A DNA stretch of 64,000 bases from Ignavibacteriota bacterium (GTDB taxonomy: Bacteria; Bacteroidota; Ignavibacteria; UBA10030). The notes beneath the pieces are model-generated. The model was not told the origin of the DNA, made no database searches, and was given only the letters and a program-made list of their open reading frames with translations. Where the stretch lies: positions 416,001 through 480,000 of the forward strand of contig CAVSHO010000009.1 in NCBI GenBank assembly GCA_963727825.1. Direction: 5' to 3'. Of this stretch, positions 1-10,603 are shown one piece after another. The position numbers and the translations under genes are program-made. How positions within the stretch are numbered: position 1 is the first letter of the stretch; each line of letters opens with the position of its first letter.

Positions 1-31
1 CTTGTATCAACGACTTGCCAAGGGGAATTGA
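1..31 (+). CDS. 3' end of an upstream gene, probable paralog of the 741-aa protein (partial)
   Basis: 2-31 reads LYQRLAKGN-stop, matching the C-terminus LYQQLIKEN-stop of 88..2313; only 10 codons visible. Confidence 0.55.
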   Translation, partial: LYQRLAKGN

Positions 32-87
32 ATCCTTTGCAAAGGAGAGACTTCAAAGTGGAACTGGAATATCTGAGGAATATATAA

Positions 88-2313
88 ATGTTCAACAAAA
101 ACGTAATACTCGGGTTATGTCTAACAGTCTCGGCCGCTTTCGCACAACAAGGCGATCGAGTGGACATTGGAAACTTACAGACCGGGGCAACGGTCTCGTT
201 TGTCCGCGCCGCAGGAGGCGAGTGGGGTATCGAAATCTCCGGTGGCACTACTCCGCATCTGACGCAGCAGAAGCCCGCGCAAATCGAAATCTTTCGAATG
301 GAAGGGAACATTCGCGAGCTTGTAGCCGGATATAAGACAGTCCAGCAATCAGACTCCGATATCTATGCCCGTGCTGAAATCGCATATGGTGAGAATGTTG
401 TTTTTCATGTGGAAGATTTATGGAGCCTGAATGGAGCTGTGGTATCGGTGCACAGGAAGGTGGAAGTTGTGGGGAACGCTCCAGGCGGATTCAATTCGTC
501 TGTTGTGCTTTCGGTCGATTCTGCTATACAATGGTCCGATGTGAATTGCATGTTTCCTGGCGCGTTGTATGGCGATCCTACCTACAATGGCGACCGCTCT
601 CCCGGTGGTACGATGAACTACAAAGCACATCGATTCCAATTGCGTGAGGATATGCTCCCGGCGCCCCTCTTCGCAATATCATTCAGCAATGGTTCTTCCG
701 TGGCAATGCTCGATCCTTCTCCGCGAGGCGAATCGACGGTCGAGGAGACAAGACTTTCAAAAAATGTGATGATCGATGCGCGATTTCAATTCGGTGCACT
801 CGGAGTGTGGCAGACTGACCGGAATCCCATCGAACTCAGTTTTCAGTTTCCCGGCACAATGAGTATGTATCCATTTGGTTTCAATACTATGGCGAAACCG
901 AGGTTGATTCAACGCTACCATCCAATTGCTCAGGGATTAGTTCACAGTTACGAGGTGAGTTTTCGATTCGGGCTCAACGAACCGTTTCGAGATGTAACCC
1001 GAAACGCATGGCGATGGGCATGGAGTACGTTGAAGCCCGCGATCACCACCATCGATGTTGAACTTGTCCGCCGTGTGCTGATAGATCACCTGGCTGTTCA
1101 GGCCGCTACCATTGGCGGGCGCACCGGCATCCCTTTTGCCGTTGCTACTTTCGATACGAACAAACTTCAATGGAATTGGACAATGACGGCGATGGGATTC
1201 GTGAGCAAGAATATTGAGTGTGCGGACCAGTTGTTGCGCGAAAGTGATCGCGATAGTACAGAGCGCGGACAAAAAATGCGTCAACTTGGTCTGGGTATTA
1301 TCTCATCTATGATCAATGCGCTGAACACAATCCCGCTGCAGGCAACCGGCTACGATCTTGCAACCGGAAAACCATGGACTGGTGAACGGCAGGAATGGCT
1401 CGCCCCCTGGCTGCGAAATGCCACGGAAGATATGCGCGTGCTGATGCGTGCATACCGACGTGAACGTACCCTCGGCCGACAACATCCAGAATGGTTTAAC
1501 TGGGTCAAGACCTATGTGGATTGGCTGATTCTGCAGCAAAGGGTTGATGGATCTTTCCCCCGACGATGGAAACCTGGAAGTAATGAGGTCGCGGAGCCGA
1601 CAGGAACAACGAGTTACTGTCCTGTGCCACTGCTCGTGATCATGACTGAAGAGACTGGCGATTCGAAGTATAAGCAGTCTGCCATTCGCGCGGCGGAGTA
1701 CATTTGGACAAATTTTGGAATGCGTGGACTCTTCGTCGGCGGCGCTAGTGACAATCCGAATATCACCGACAAAGAAGCCGGGATGTTGAGTATGGAAGCT
1801 TTCCTGAGTCTCTATGAATCAACCAAGGAAACTAAATGGCTTGAACGCGCGAAAACAGCAGCGGACTTCGCAGAAAGCTGGATCTGGATCTGGAATTTAC
1901 CAATGCCACTTGATGCAGATGACACGCAACTACACTGGAAGAAAGGTGTACCAACCATCGGGCTACAGGGAATAACAGCCCTCGGTGCCGGTGGTGCAGA
2001 TGAATATTTAGATTGGGCCGTTCCCTCATATGCGAAGCTATATAAATATACAAATGAGCCACATTATCTCGATGTTGCACGGGTCTTGCTGCACGACACA
2101 AAATCCATGGTCGCTCTTCCTGGACGCCAGTACCATATGAAAGGAATAGGATGGCAGCAGGAAGGCTGGCGCATGGGTCCAGGAGGTCGTGGCCGCGGCG
2201 TCGGGGGCCATCGGTTCTGGCTGCCGTGGATTTCGGCCAACCACCTGTACGGCATCACCGGCTTGGAAGAGTTCGACACGGCTCTGTATCAACAATTGAT
2301 CAAAGAGAATTAA
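88..2313 (+). CDS. Secreted hypothetical protein, probable six-hairpin (alpha/alpha)6 glycosidase-like
   Basis: 741-aa ORF, GAGGA RBS, Sec signal (AFA-Q). Beta-rich N-half; helical C-half with YLDVAR/WLERAKTAADF-type hairpin repeats and a GGASDNPNITDKEAG motif. Confidence 0.7.
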   Translation: MFNKNVILGLCLTVSAAFAQQGDRVDIGNLQTGATVSFVRAAGGEWGIEISGGTTPHLTQQKPAQIEIFRMEGNIRELVAGYKTVQQSDSDIYARAEIAYGENVVFHVEDLWSLNGAVVSVHRKVEVVGNAPGGFNSSVVLSVDSAIQWSDVNCMFPGALYGDPTYNGDRSPGGTMNYKAHRFQLREDMLPAPLFAISFSNGSSVAMLDPSPRGESTVEETRLSKNVMIDARFQFGALGVWQTDRNPIELSFQFPGTMSMYPFGFNTMAKPRLIQRYHPIAQGLVHSYEVSFRFGLNEPFRDVTRNAWRWAWSTLKPAITTIDVELVRRVLIDHLAVQAATIGGRTGIPFAVATFDTNKLQWNWTMTAMGFVSKNIECADQLLRESDRDSTERGQKMRQLGLGIISSMINALNTIPLQATGYDLATGKPWTGERQEWLAPWLRNATEDMRVLMRAYRRERTLGRQHPEWFNWVKTYVDWLILQQRVDGSFPRRWKPGSNEVAEPTGTTSYCPVPLLVIMTEETGDSKYKQSAIRAAEYIWTNFGMRGLFVGGASDNPNITDKEAGMLSMEAFLSLYESTKETKWLERAKTAADFAESWIWIWNLPMPLDADDTQLHWKKGVPTIGLQGITALGAGGADEYLDWAVPSYAKLYKYTNEPHYLDVARVLLHDTKSMVALPGRQYHMKGIGWQQEGWRMGPGGRGRGVGGHRFWLPWISANHLYGITGLEEFDTALYQQLIKEN

Positions 2314-2360
2314 TAACTAATTGTAAAAAACCAAACATCTACTTAATATTTTCTATTTCA

Positions 2361-2956
2361 AGTCATATACTTCCGGCAAAACCGGAGGTTTGATTATGTG
2401 AACCGCTAAAAGCGGTTATGTGTATTATTCAAAAATAGTCAATTGATCCAACTATTTATCCTCTTCTTGTTGCTCTCGTATATATTCCCGTATCGTTGCC
2501 TCGTCCTTACCTACAATCGACGCCTAGAATCCTCGAGCCCAAAAGTGTTAACCTGTAAAGTTCTTCCGATTTCCCTTGTAGTTCCGTGCAATATGGATCG
2601 CACTCTTCCCTTTCATAAAACCTATCACGGTGCTCATTGCATGCTTGGGTGGAATGCTGACCAATATATGAACATAATATTCAAACAAGTGTCCTTCTTC
2701 TATCCGGCTCTCCCTCTGACGTGCCACATCGTGAAACACCTCCCAAAGATATCGCCGTAGTTCCTTGAACAAAGTTTTCTGTCGATACTTTGGTATAAAC
2801 ACTTCATGATATTTGCATTCGTATTTTGTGTGACGTAAATTGTTTTGTGTATTCATCTTGAATCTCCTGTACGCTTCAAACGGTTCACACATATTGGAGA
2901 TTCAATTTATTTCTGCAAAAGTCAAACTTTTGGAGTCCCTCAGTTGTGGGTTTACC
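2361..2956 (-). mobile_element. Degenerate IS200/IS605-family insertion sequence
   Basis: tnpA relic flanked by hairpins CTTCCGGCAAAACCGGAGG (about 2370-2388) and AACCGCTAAAAGCGGTT (2401-2417), plus a decayed left end GTAAACCC...GGGACTCCAAAAGTTTGAC. Ends approximate. Confidence 0.8.
2425..2856 (-). pseudogene. tnpA: IS200/IS605 Y1 (HUH) transposase pseudogene
   Basis: HTKYECKYHEVFIPKYR...IEEGHLFEYYVHILVSIPPK...KGKSA. Reading through the stop at 2548 gives G*HFWARGF*ASIVGKDEATIREYIREQQEEDK*LDQL: three in-frame stops, and HUH changed to YVH. Confidence 0.9.
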
Positions 2957-3944
2957 TATTATTATTATACCGACATTCCTTTGTTGGTCATTCATCTTAT
3001 TTATGAGTGACAAATCGGTTTCTCATAATGCAGGAGAGCAGGATCCTTGTTCCGAGACGGCATCTGTTTCAGAATCAAAGGACTCGAAAGGTTATAGAGA
3101 TATCGTACTGTTCAAAGACAAGGTTATTGCAGTTGGGACCGATGGACGAATTGACTGCATCTCCAAATCAGGAGAAAAAATATCTGTCGATAGTTCTTGT
3201 GCGTATACTCTTCACTGTGCTTTTTCCAATGAGGAAATGCTGGTAGTTGCCGGAGACCATGGAACGATTCTGTACTCATCTGATGGAAAGAGCTTTCATT
3301 GCACAGAATCGGGAACGGAGAAGAGTATCCATGGAATTGCTTCTAGAAACGGATTGCTTGTAGCTGGTGCCGATAGCGGGACATTGCTTTCTTCAAAAAA
3401 TGGTATTTCCTGGAATAGTATCCCGATTGCAATCAAAGGAAATATCGTATCGATTTCTGCCAATAATTCTTTCTTCATAGGGGTTTCAGATTCTGGTGAA
3501 ATAATGAAATCAATTGATGGCGGCAACTGGAAAATCCAGGATTACAATAATGAGTATGCAGGTTATAATAAGCACTCAACATTTAAAAAAGTATTGGCTG
3601 CCCAAAACAGTATTATCATCATTGGGATCTCTGACGATGGTTCGCCATCCATTTTGTTCTCGTCACTGGGAAATGTCTGGACAGAGAGAATTCCGATATA
3701 TCAGGATAGTCAGGGAATCGTTACGTGCCTGGCCAGCAAGCCCAATGGTATAACATATGACCCCGATCGGGATCAGTTCATTCTTGCATGCGATCATGGC
3801 GAATTGCTCAGCTTGCCGCCGTGTTCAAAATGTAACAAATACGCGAAAATATCAGAGACTGATTTACATGGAATAATCTATTTTGATAATCGTCTGTTAA
3901 TTGGTGGTGACGAATTTTCTGTGTTTACTCAAAGATTACAGTAA
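2946..3944 (+). CDS. BNR/YCF48-like (WD40/YVTN) beta-propeller repeat protein
   Basis: Repeated Asp-box-like units (AGDHGTILYSSDGKSF, GTLLSSKNGISW, GEIMKSIDGGNW); Cys-rich. The start is uncertain because the GTG lies inside the IS end. Confidence 0.75.
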   Translation: MGLPIIIIPTFLCWSFILFMSDKSVSHNAGEQDPCSETASVSESKDSKGYRDIVLFKDKVIAVGTDGRIDCISKSGEKISVDSSCAYTLHCAFSNEEMLVVAGDHGTILYSSDGKSFHCTESGTEKSIHGIASRNGLLVAGADSGTLLSSKNGISWNSIPIAIKGNIVSISANNSFFIGVSDSGEIMKSIDGGNWKIQDYNNEYAGYNKHSTFKKVLAAQNSIIIIGISDDGSPSILFSSLGNVWTERIPIYQDSQGIVTCLASKPNGITYDPDRDQFILACDHGELLSLPPCSKCNKYAKISETDLHGIIYFDNRLLIGGDEFSVFTQRLQ

Positions 3945-3998
3945 AACGAATATTCATAAATTCACAAATCCTAATCATAACATTTTAGTGAGCTCATC

Positions 3999-6900
3999 AT
4001 GAAACTTAAATTATCCAAACTCTTTTTTATGTTTCTCTTTTGTTTTGTAGTCATGGCTTTCATGCCGGGCAGTGAAACTGCTAAAAAACCGATTTACCTC
4101 GACACCACTTATTCTTTCAAAGAAAGGGCCGCCGACCTTGTTTCAAGAATGACACCCGAGGAAAAGCAAAGCCAGTTGGGTAACACGATGCCTCCTATTC
4201 CCCGTCTGGGAATTAATAAATACGATGTATGGGGTGAAGCCCTGCATGGAGTTTTGGGAAGAAACAATAACAGCGGGATGACCGCAACTTCATTCCCCAA
4301 CAGTGTTGCAGTGGGCTGTACATGGGACCCGGAACTACTGAGACGTGAAACTTCAGTCATCGCTGATGAGGCAAGAGGATTTAACCACGATGTCATTTTT
4401 ACACTTACCTACTGGTCTCCTGTTGTTGAGCCGGCTAGAGATCCACGGTGGGGAAGAACAGCGGAATCATTTGGCGAAGACCCATTTCTCGTTTCGCAGA
4501 TAGGCGGCGGCTTTGTCACGGGGCTAATGGGAAACGATCCTCTTTATTTAAAAGCAGTTCCATGCGGTAAACATTATTTTGCAAACAATACAGAGTTTAA
4601 CCGTCATACCGGAAGTGCAAATATGGATGACAGGGATATGAGAGAATTTTATCTTCTTCCATACAAGACGCTTATTGAAAAAGATAAGCTTCCGGCAATT
4701 ATGACAGCGTACAGCGCAATAAACGGAATTCCGATATCAGCTAGTAAATTTCTAGTTGATACCATCGCAAAAAGAACCTACGGCTTAGACGGATATGTGA
4801 CAGGAGATTGTGGTGCGATATCTGATATAGTATCGGGGACACCACTATACAAAAAATAATGTAGAGGCAGCCGCAATGGGACTTAAATCGGGAGTCGACA
4901 ATGATTGTGGAGGCGTTTACCAAACAAGTGCTCTCGATGCTCTCAAGCAGGGATTACTTACGGAGAGTGATATAGATAAGGCCCTGATAAATATTTATGC
5001 AATTAGGATGAGACTTGGTGAATTCGATCCTCAAACAAAAGTCCCATATTCTGGAATTAAACCCAGTATCATCAATGATCCTTCACATAATGATCTTGCC
5101 GTTGAGATTGCAACCAAAACTCCTGTACTTTTGAAAAATGATGCAGTTTCGAAAACCGGGAAAAAAGCATTGCCTCTCAATACCAATACCATTAAAAAAA
5201 TTGCTGTATTAGGTCCTCAGGCCGATAAGGTTGAATTAGGGGATTATTCTGGAGAAGCTGAAGCGAAGTATAAAATTACTCCCCTGGCAGGAATTAAAAA
5301 TTATATTGCACAGAATAAACTTAATATAGAGATTGTTTCTAAGTCAAGTGGAAATACAGCAAGAAGAACCGATTTCTTTACCATGGTCGGTTTTTCAACG
5401 TCGAGTAATGGTAAGGTTCTTAAAGAATATGATGCAACAAAATTCGATGCTTCCGCAAACGGTTTAATCACGGCTGCAAGATTTGGTTCAGCTGCTGTCA
5501 GAGGTATCAAGGACGGCGACTGGACATCATATAATAATGTTAATATCACCAATGTAGATTCAATGCGGTTCAATATGACCGTGTCCGGAGATGGAGGGTT
5601 ACTCGAAGTAAGGGTTGGTTCTAAAACAGGTAATATCCTTGCTTCACAAAAAATTGCCGGCACTCCACAAAGCGGAGGTTTTCCAGGTTTTGGAAGATCA
5701 AAAAATGTTCCGGTTAAAATTAATACACTGGGTATAACTGGACCTCAAACCATTGTCCTTGTCTATCATGAACCGGAATTACAAGCGATGGATAAAGAAA
5801 CTCTTGACATGGCGGCCTCAGCAGACATTGCAATTATCTTTGTTGGTACAGATCAAACGACAGGAAGAGAGGAATCTGACAGGTTTTCAATAGGATTGCC
5901 GGGCAATCAGAATGAACTGATTAATTCAGTAGCAGCGGTTAATCCTAATACCATTGTCGTCATCCAAGGAATGGGAATGGTTGAAGTGGAGCAATTTAAA
6001 AACAATCCGAATGTTGCAGGAATTATCTTTACCGGATACAATGGTCAGGCACAGGGAACCGCGATGGCTAAAATATTATTTGGTGAAGTGAACCCGGGTG
6101 GAAAAACGAGTCTCACTTGGTATAAATCGCTTAATGATCTCCCTGAATTCAACGATTATACATTACGAGGTGGTGCCGGAAAGAACGGCAGAACATACAT
6201 GTATTTCAACAAGGACGTTTCTTATGAATTCGGATACGGACTTTCATACACTACCTTCGCTTACAGTAATTTCGCTATCAGTAAAAGGAGAATTACACCG
6301 AATGATAAAATTACAATTAAAGTGGATGTGAAAAATACAGGAAGCGTAGATGGAGATGAAGTTGTACAGGTTTACGTTAAAACTCCCGAAAGCCCAGCAT
6401 CTCTCGAAAGACCGATGAAGCGGTTGAAAGGGTTCAAAAGAGTGACTATTGCAAAAGGCCAGACAAAAACCGTGTCCATTGATATTGATTGTGCTGATCT
6501 TTGGTTCTGGGATATCAAGAATAAAAAAATCATGTTCGATCAGGGCAAGTACATGTTTGAAATTGGAGCATCGTCGAAAGACATCAAGGGAAAAGTAGAA
6601 GCTACCATGAGAGGCACTTATTCCCCGGTACTGAAAACAGTTGTTGCGGATTGTGAAAAAGTGGTATTAAAGCCGGGCAACACCGTGCAGACAAGTGTAA
6701 CAGCTTCACTATCGGACGATAGTTTTATTAACCTTAAAGATGCAAAAATAACTTACAAGAGCAACAGACCATCGGTTGCCAGTGTTGACGAAAATGGAAA
6801 AGTAACTGCTACTGGGGTTGGGATAGCATTGATAGTTGCCAACGTTACGATGAATGGAAAGACTGTTTCGAACAGTTACCCAGTGAAAGTGATGCCCGAC

Positions 6901-7830
6901 TTGAGTCTCAAATCAATAACAGTTGACGGAAAAAATATTGAAGGTTTTAATAAAGAAGTTAAAGCGTACAGCTATCTTTTGAAAAGCGGCTCAAACATCC
7001 CTGTGGTGAAAGCTTCTGCAATGGTTAGTGATGTCACGGTAGATATTGCACAGGCAAAAGGTGTTCCCGGAACCGCTGTCATTAATTTTATAGACAACAT
7101 CACACTTGAAAAGAATACGTATTATTTAAATTTTGATGGGCCATCGACGAGCGATGAATTCAACAATGCATCCGTCGGCAAACAATGGGAATGGGTAAGA
7201 GAAAACCCTGCAACCTATAACCTTACAAAAAATAAAGGATCCCTTACCATTACAAGTGAAGCAGGAGATGTATCTGAGGCCAGTAACAATGCTAAGAATA
7301 TTCTGTTGCAGAGTGCAAATAACGATTGGACGATTGAAACAAAATTAGTTTGCTCAAGAATTCCTTCTCAACCTGAAAATGCAGGAATTCTGGTTTACGA
7401 AAACGACGATAACTTTGTAAAACTGATGCTCAGAGCAGTTACTAAAACAACGAGGTCAGGCATGTCATCGGGAACGGGAGTACAACCGGGAACGATAGAT
7501 CTTGTTATCGAAGAAAATGGTATTGCAAAGTCTATGGCAACCTTTAACCTCAGAAAAGCAGTTACGGATAGCAACGCGTTAATACTCAAACTGGAGAAAT
7601 ATGGGTGCGTTTACACCGCATACTATTCATTGGATGGTAATAAATTTGAAAAGTTAGGAACTGCCAACCTCTTATTGAAAGATATCAGGGCAGGGTTAAT
7701 TGTATGCGACGGAGTAATAATACAGAGCATGAAAAGCACTTTCTGGTTCGATCCGGATACCACCAAACCGGCTACACCGTTTGATGTCGCATTCGATTAC
7801 TTCCATATCACCAACAGCGGGATGAAGTAA
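3999..7830 (+). CDS. Multimodular GH3 beta-xylosidase/beta-glucosidase (split by +1 frameshift at 4835-4838)
   Basis: Signal peptide; WGEALHG, RDPRWGR, KHY, VTGDCGA nucleophile, GREESDR. CBM6-like insert, Fn3-like, Ig-like (Big_2) and C-terminal ConA/GH43_C-like domains. Removing one G from GGGG joins 3999..4859 to 4876..7830 via SGHHYTKNNVEAAAMG. Confidence 0.9.
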
Positions 7831-7846
7831 GGTCTCACATATGGAT

Positions 7847-7888
7847 GAGCTGTGATTTATAAAGGAAAGTTAATTATGATCACAGCTC
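7847..7888 (+). other. Stem-loop downstream of GH3
   Basis: GAGCTGTGAT (7847-7856) and ATCACAGCTC (7879-7888) form a perfect 10-bp inverted repeat 17 nt after the stop; no U-tract. Confidence 0.45.
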
Positions 7889-8198
7889 TGCTGCTTCGAA
7901 TGAACCTGCTTATTCCATGTGAAGGGATAACCTGTTGGTAGGAGATTACTAAAAAAGGAGAACATGATATCGGTAAAGTAACTGTTGGTAAGGATATTTA
8001 TTTCCAGAATTTCTTACTAACAAAATAAATTTTGTAATACATGGGAATGATGAAGCATTTTTTGTGGCAACTTCAGGCAACGATACTTCTTCTAGAACAT
8101 ACGGATTATTGATGTTGATGAATTGACAGTCTAACAGAAGAGGAACAGAAGCGGTAATAGAAATCTATCATGCCGATCAGGGGTAACCCGATCGAAAT

Positions 8199-8237
8199 AA
8201 AAAAGACGCGGAGGTAATAACCCACGCGTCTTTTTTT
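8199..8237. terminator. Bidirectional intrinsic terminator
   Basis: AAAAAAGACGCG-loop-CGCGTCTTTTTTT between convergent genes. Confidence 0.85.
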
Positions 8238-8258
8238 GTTTGCACAAGGCATCACATA

Positions 8259-9842
8259 TCAAGGTGTTTTAAAGTTCCAGCGTGAATTGTCGCTCTTGGG
8301 ATCGAACTTGGCAAGCGTTGGTGTACTGCCACCAACTGCTGTAAGAACCAAGGGTTCCTTGGAACCGGGCACGACCTTAGGCATGATGCGGTACGTGCCA
8401 TCCGTCAACTGGTCAATTCGCCAGAGTTGTTCGGGAGCGCCGGTAAAGGTGGGAACTGCCACAACTTCGGCGTCCGCTGTAGCTGCCAGCGCACGATTCG
8501 TTCCTGCAATGGTGATCTTAAAATAAGGTGAACCTGGATAACCACCGACACTGTCAACTGGAGTTATTGTCCACTTTTGATGGGGACGCATCATAAAGTC
8601 TCCTATGCGAATCTCGATATTTCCTGTGGGCCAGTTTTTAGACGCTTCGGAGAGATCCTGAATTGGAATCGAAGTCACAGGGCCTGCAGGTGCACGGTTG
8701 CCAAAACCGGGTGGCATTCCAGGCCCGCCTGGTCCACCAGCGCTTGGCGGATTGGTTCCGGGTGCATTTGCTGCAGGTGGATTGGTTGCTGGCGTGCCGG
8801 GAGTAACTGGAGCTGCAGGAGGAGGTCCGCCAAAGCCTCGTCCAATGCGGGGCATGCGTACAAAATCCACGGCCAACTCTAATGCAAAGCCGCTGCGTTC
8901 AGACTGGATCTCATAGGTACCCTGCCTAAAGTTATCTCCTCCAACGGGCCAACCATTTTTCCAGAGCAGTGGGCGAATATCCAGCACGCTGTACCCACTG
9001 CGATCAAGATCGGCTTCATAATGACAAGAAAATTTCTCTACTCCATCACCTAAATCCATGTGACCAAAATGGCCCAGACCGACGAAACGACCGCTGGCAG
9101 TCGCAACCGACTTACCGCCTCCTTTGAGCATATCTATACCCACGTTGTCAACATAGGGACCTGTCACTTTCCTGGAGCGGCCAGTGACGATATTATAGGT
9201 GGAGTTAGCGCCATCGCAGCATGTGCCATGAGTGCCAAGCAGGTAGTACCAACCATCGTGGTACATTAAGTCGGTGGCTTCGCAATCAATGGCGATGTCC
9301 AACGCTTTGTTGCCGGGAATGCGAAAACCAGTTTTTGGATCAAGTTCGATAAGCCGGATATTGCCGAAGTATGTCCCGTAGGAGAGCCACAGGCGGCCAT
9401 CAGCGGGATCAAGGAGGAATGCCGGATCAATAGCATCGCAGTCCTCAATACCATCAGAGGAGGCAACCACGGTATCGTCTTTAAATCCGAAGTCGGGGGA
9501 TTTTGGGTCGAGCGTCTTGGCCCACATGACGTGGACATTGCTGGCGTGTCCGCCTGACATGCCTCCTCCTCCCCTGGCATAGGACATATAGTAGCGATCC
9601 CCGATGTGAATAACATCGGGAGCAACTCCGCCGCCAGGACGTACAGCACCGCTGTTCCAAGTCCAGCCATCGTCGGAGATCAAACCTCCGCCGCCTGTAC
9701 CATATGTGTAGTATTTGCCGTCGCACAGCGTGACGGTCGAAGGATCGTGGATATAAGGTTTGCCGTTCAGAGCCTGAGCCTGACAAGATAGCCAGAAAGA
9801 GAGCAGTGTGAGAACGGTTGCTGCTAAAATACGAAATTTCAT
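8259..9842 (-). CDS. GH43 (arabinanase-like) with C-terminal ricin-type/CBM13-like domain
   Basis: HDPS, DAIDP and CEA catalytic motifs; QKW/QLW/SRW ricin-like repeats. Start set at 9842 (MKFRIL) behind GGAGG. Confidence 0.88.
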   Translation of the reverse strand: MKFRILAATVLTLLSFWLSCQAQALNGKPYIHDPSTVTLCDGKYYTYGTGGGGLISDDGWTWNSGAVRPGGGVAPDVIHIGDRYYMSYARGGGGMSGGHASNVHVMWAKTLDPKSPDFGFKDDTVVASSDGIEDCDAIDPAFLLDPADGRLWLSYGTYFGNIRLIELDPKTGFRIPGNKALDIAIDCEATDLMYHDGWYYLLGTHGTCCDGANSTYNIVTGRSRKVTGPYVDNVGIDMLKGGGKSVATASGRFVGLGHFGHMDLGDGVEKFSCHYEADLDRSGYSVLDIRPLLWKNGWPVGGDNFRQGTYEIQSERSGFALELAVDFVRMPRIGRGFGGPPPAAPVTPGTPATNPPAANAPGTNPPSAGGPGGPGMPPGFGNRAPAGPVTSIPIQDLSEASKNWPTGNIEIRIGDFMMRPHQKWTITPVDSVGGYPGSPYFKITIAGTNRALAATADAEVVAVPTFTGAPEQLWRIDQLTDGTYRIMPKVVPGSKEPLVLTAVGGSTPTLAKFDPKSDNSRWNFKTP

Positions 9843-9889
9843 AAAACCTCCAAGAGCAAAACGATTGAGATTAAAATTTTTATGATTCA

Positions 9890-10603
9890 TTATTTTCCGG
9901 CGCTTTCAAGGTTCAGGGTGATATCCTTGATCGGTGCACCATCTTCATCGATGAAACGAACACAGAAATCACTTAAGCCGGGGCCGTTGATAACGGCGCC
10001 GCGAATGACATTCCTGCCCTTGTTCAGTGTGAGGCGTTTGGAGACGCAGTCATCCATCACCATGCGACGATCACCGGAGAGGATGACGGCTTCCTTGCCG
10101 TTGAGCCACCACATGGATGCAGAATTGGAACCGACGGCCATGCGAACGTTTTTCATTTCTCTCGGACTGTTAACAACGGTAACGGCCCAGAACAGGACGC
10201 CATACGTTTGCTTGTTCAGTCCGTAGGCGAAGCGAAAGAGCTTGACATTGAATTTGGTGGATTCCACAGCATGCCATACGAGTTTCTTGCTGGCAACCGT
10301 CACTTTATCGCCGTTGTGAGGAACTCCAGTGAATTGGCTGGGAAAATACAACGTATCGAAGGCATTCCGGATGTAGCTATCGACAAATACGGTGTTGGTC
10401 CGGTTTGGTTTATTAATCGGCTCGAGTAGCAGCCAGCGCTGGAGAAAGCCATCTGCATCCGGCGCCTTTGGGGATGATGTAGCCGGTATGAAGTAAGGTG
10501 CGATGCTGCGAGTTGTATCGCCGGGTGCGGCTGTGCAGACTTGAAGGGCCAAAAGAACCAGGACACCAAATAGTAGTATCGCGATGATTCGGAACATGTT
10601 CAT
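9890..10603 (-). CDS. Secreted conserved hypothetical beta-sandwich protein co-transcribed with GH43
   Basis: 237 aa with signal peptide; DGFLQRWLLL, AVGSNSASMWWLNG, LTLNKGRNVI jelly-roll pattern; no GxSxG or GDS esterase motif. Confidence 0.7.
   Translation of the reverse strand: MNMFRIIAILLFGVLVLLALQVCTAAPGDTTRSIAPYFIPATSSPKAPDADGFLQRWLLLEPINKPNRTNTVFVDSYIRNAFDTLYFPSQFTGVPHNGDKVTVASKKLVWHAVESTKFNVKLFRFAYGLNKQTYGVLFWAVTVVNSPREMKNVRMAVGSNSASMWWLNGKEAVILSGDRRMVMDDCVSKRLTLNKGRNVIRGAVINGPGLSDFCVRFIDEDGAPIKDITLNLESAGK

Noticed and set aside
2443-2760. 105-aa plus-strand ORF with a hydrophobic start
   Set aside because: Antisense shadow of the tnpA pseudogene.
7928-7995. Direct repeat TAACCTGTTGGTAGGA / TAACTGTTGGTAAGGA
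   Set aside because: Only two imperfect copies; not a CRISPR array or iteron set.
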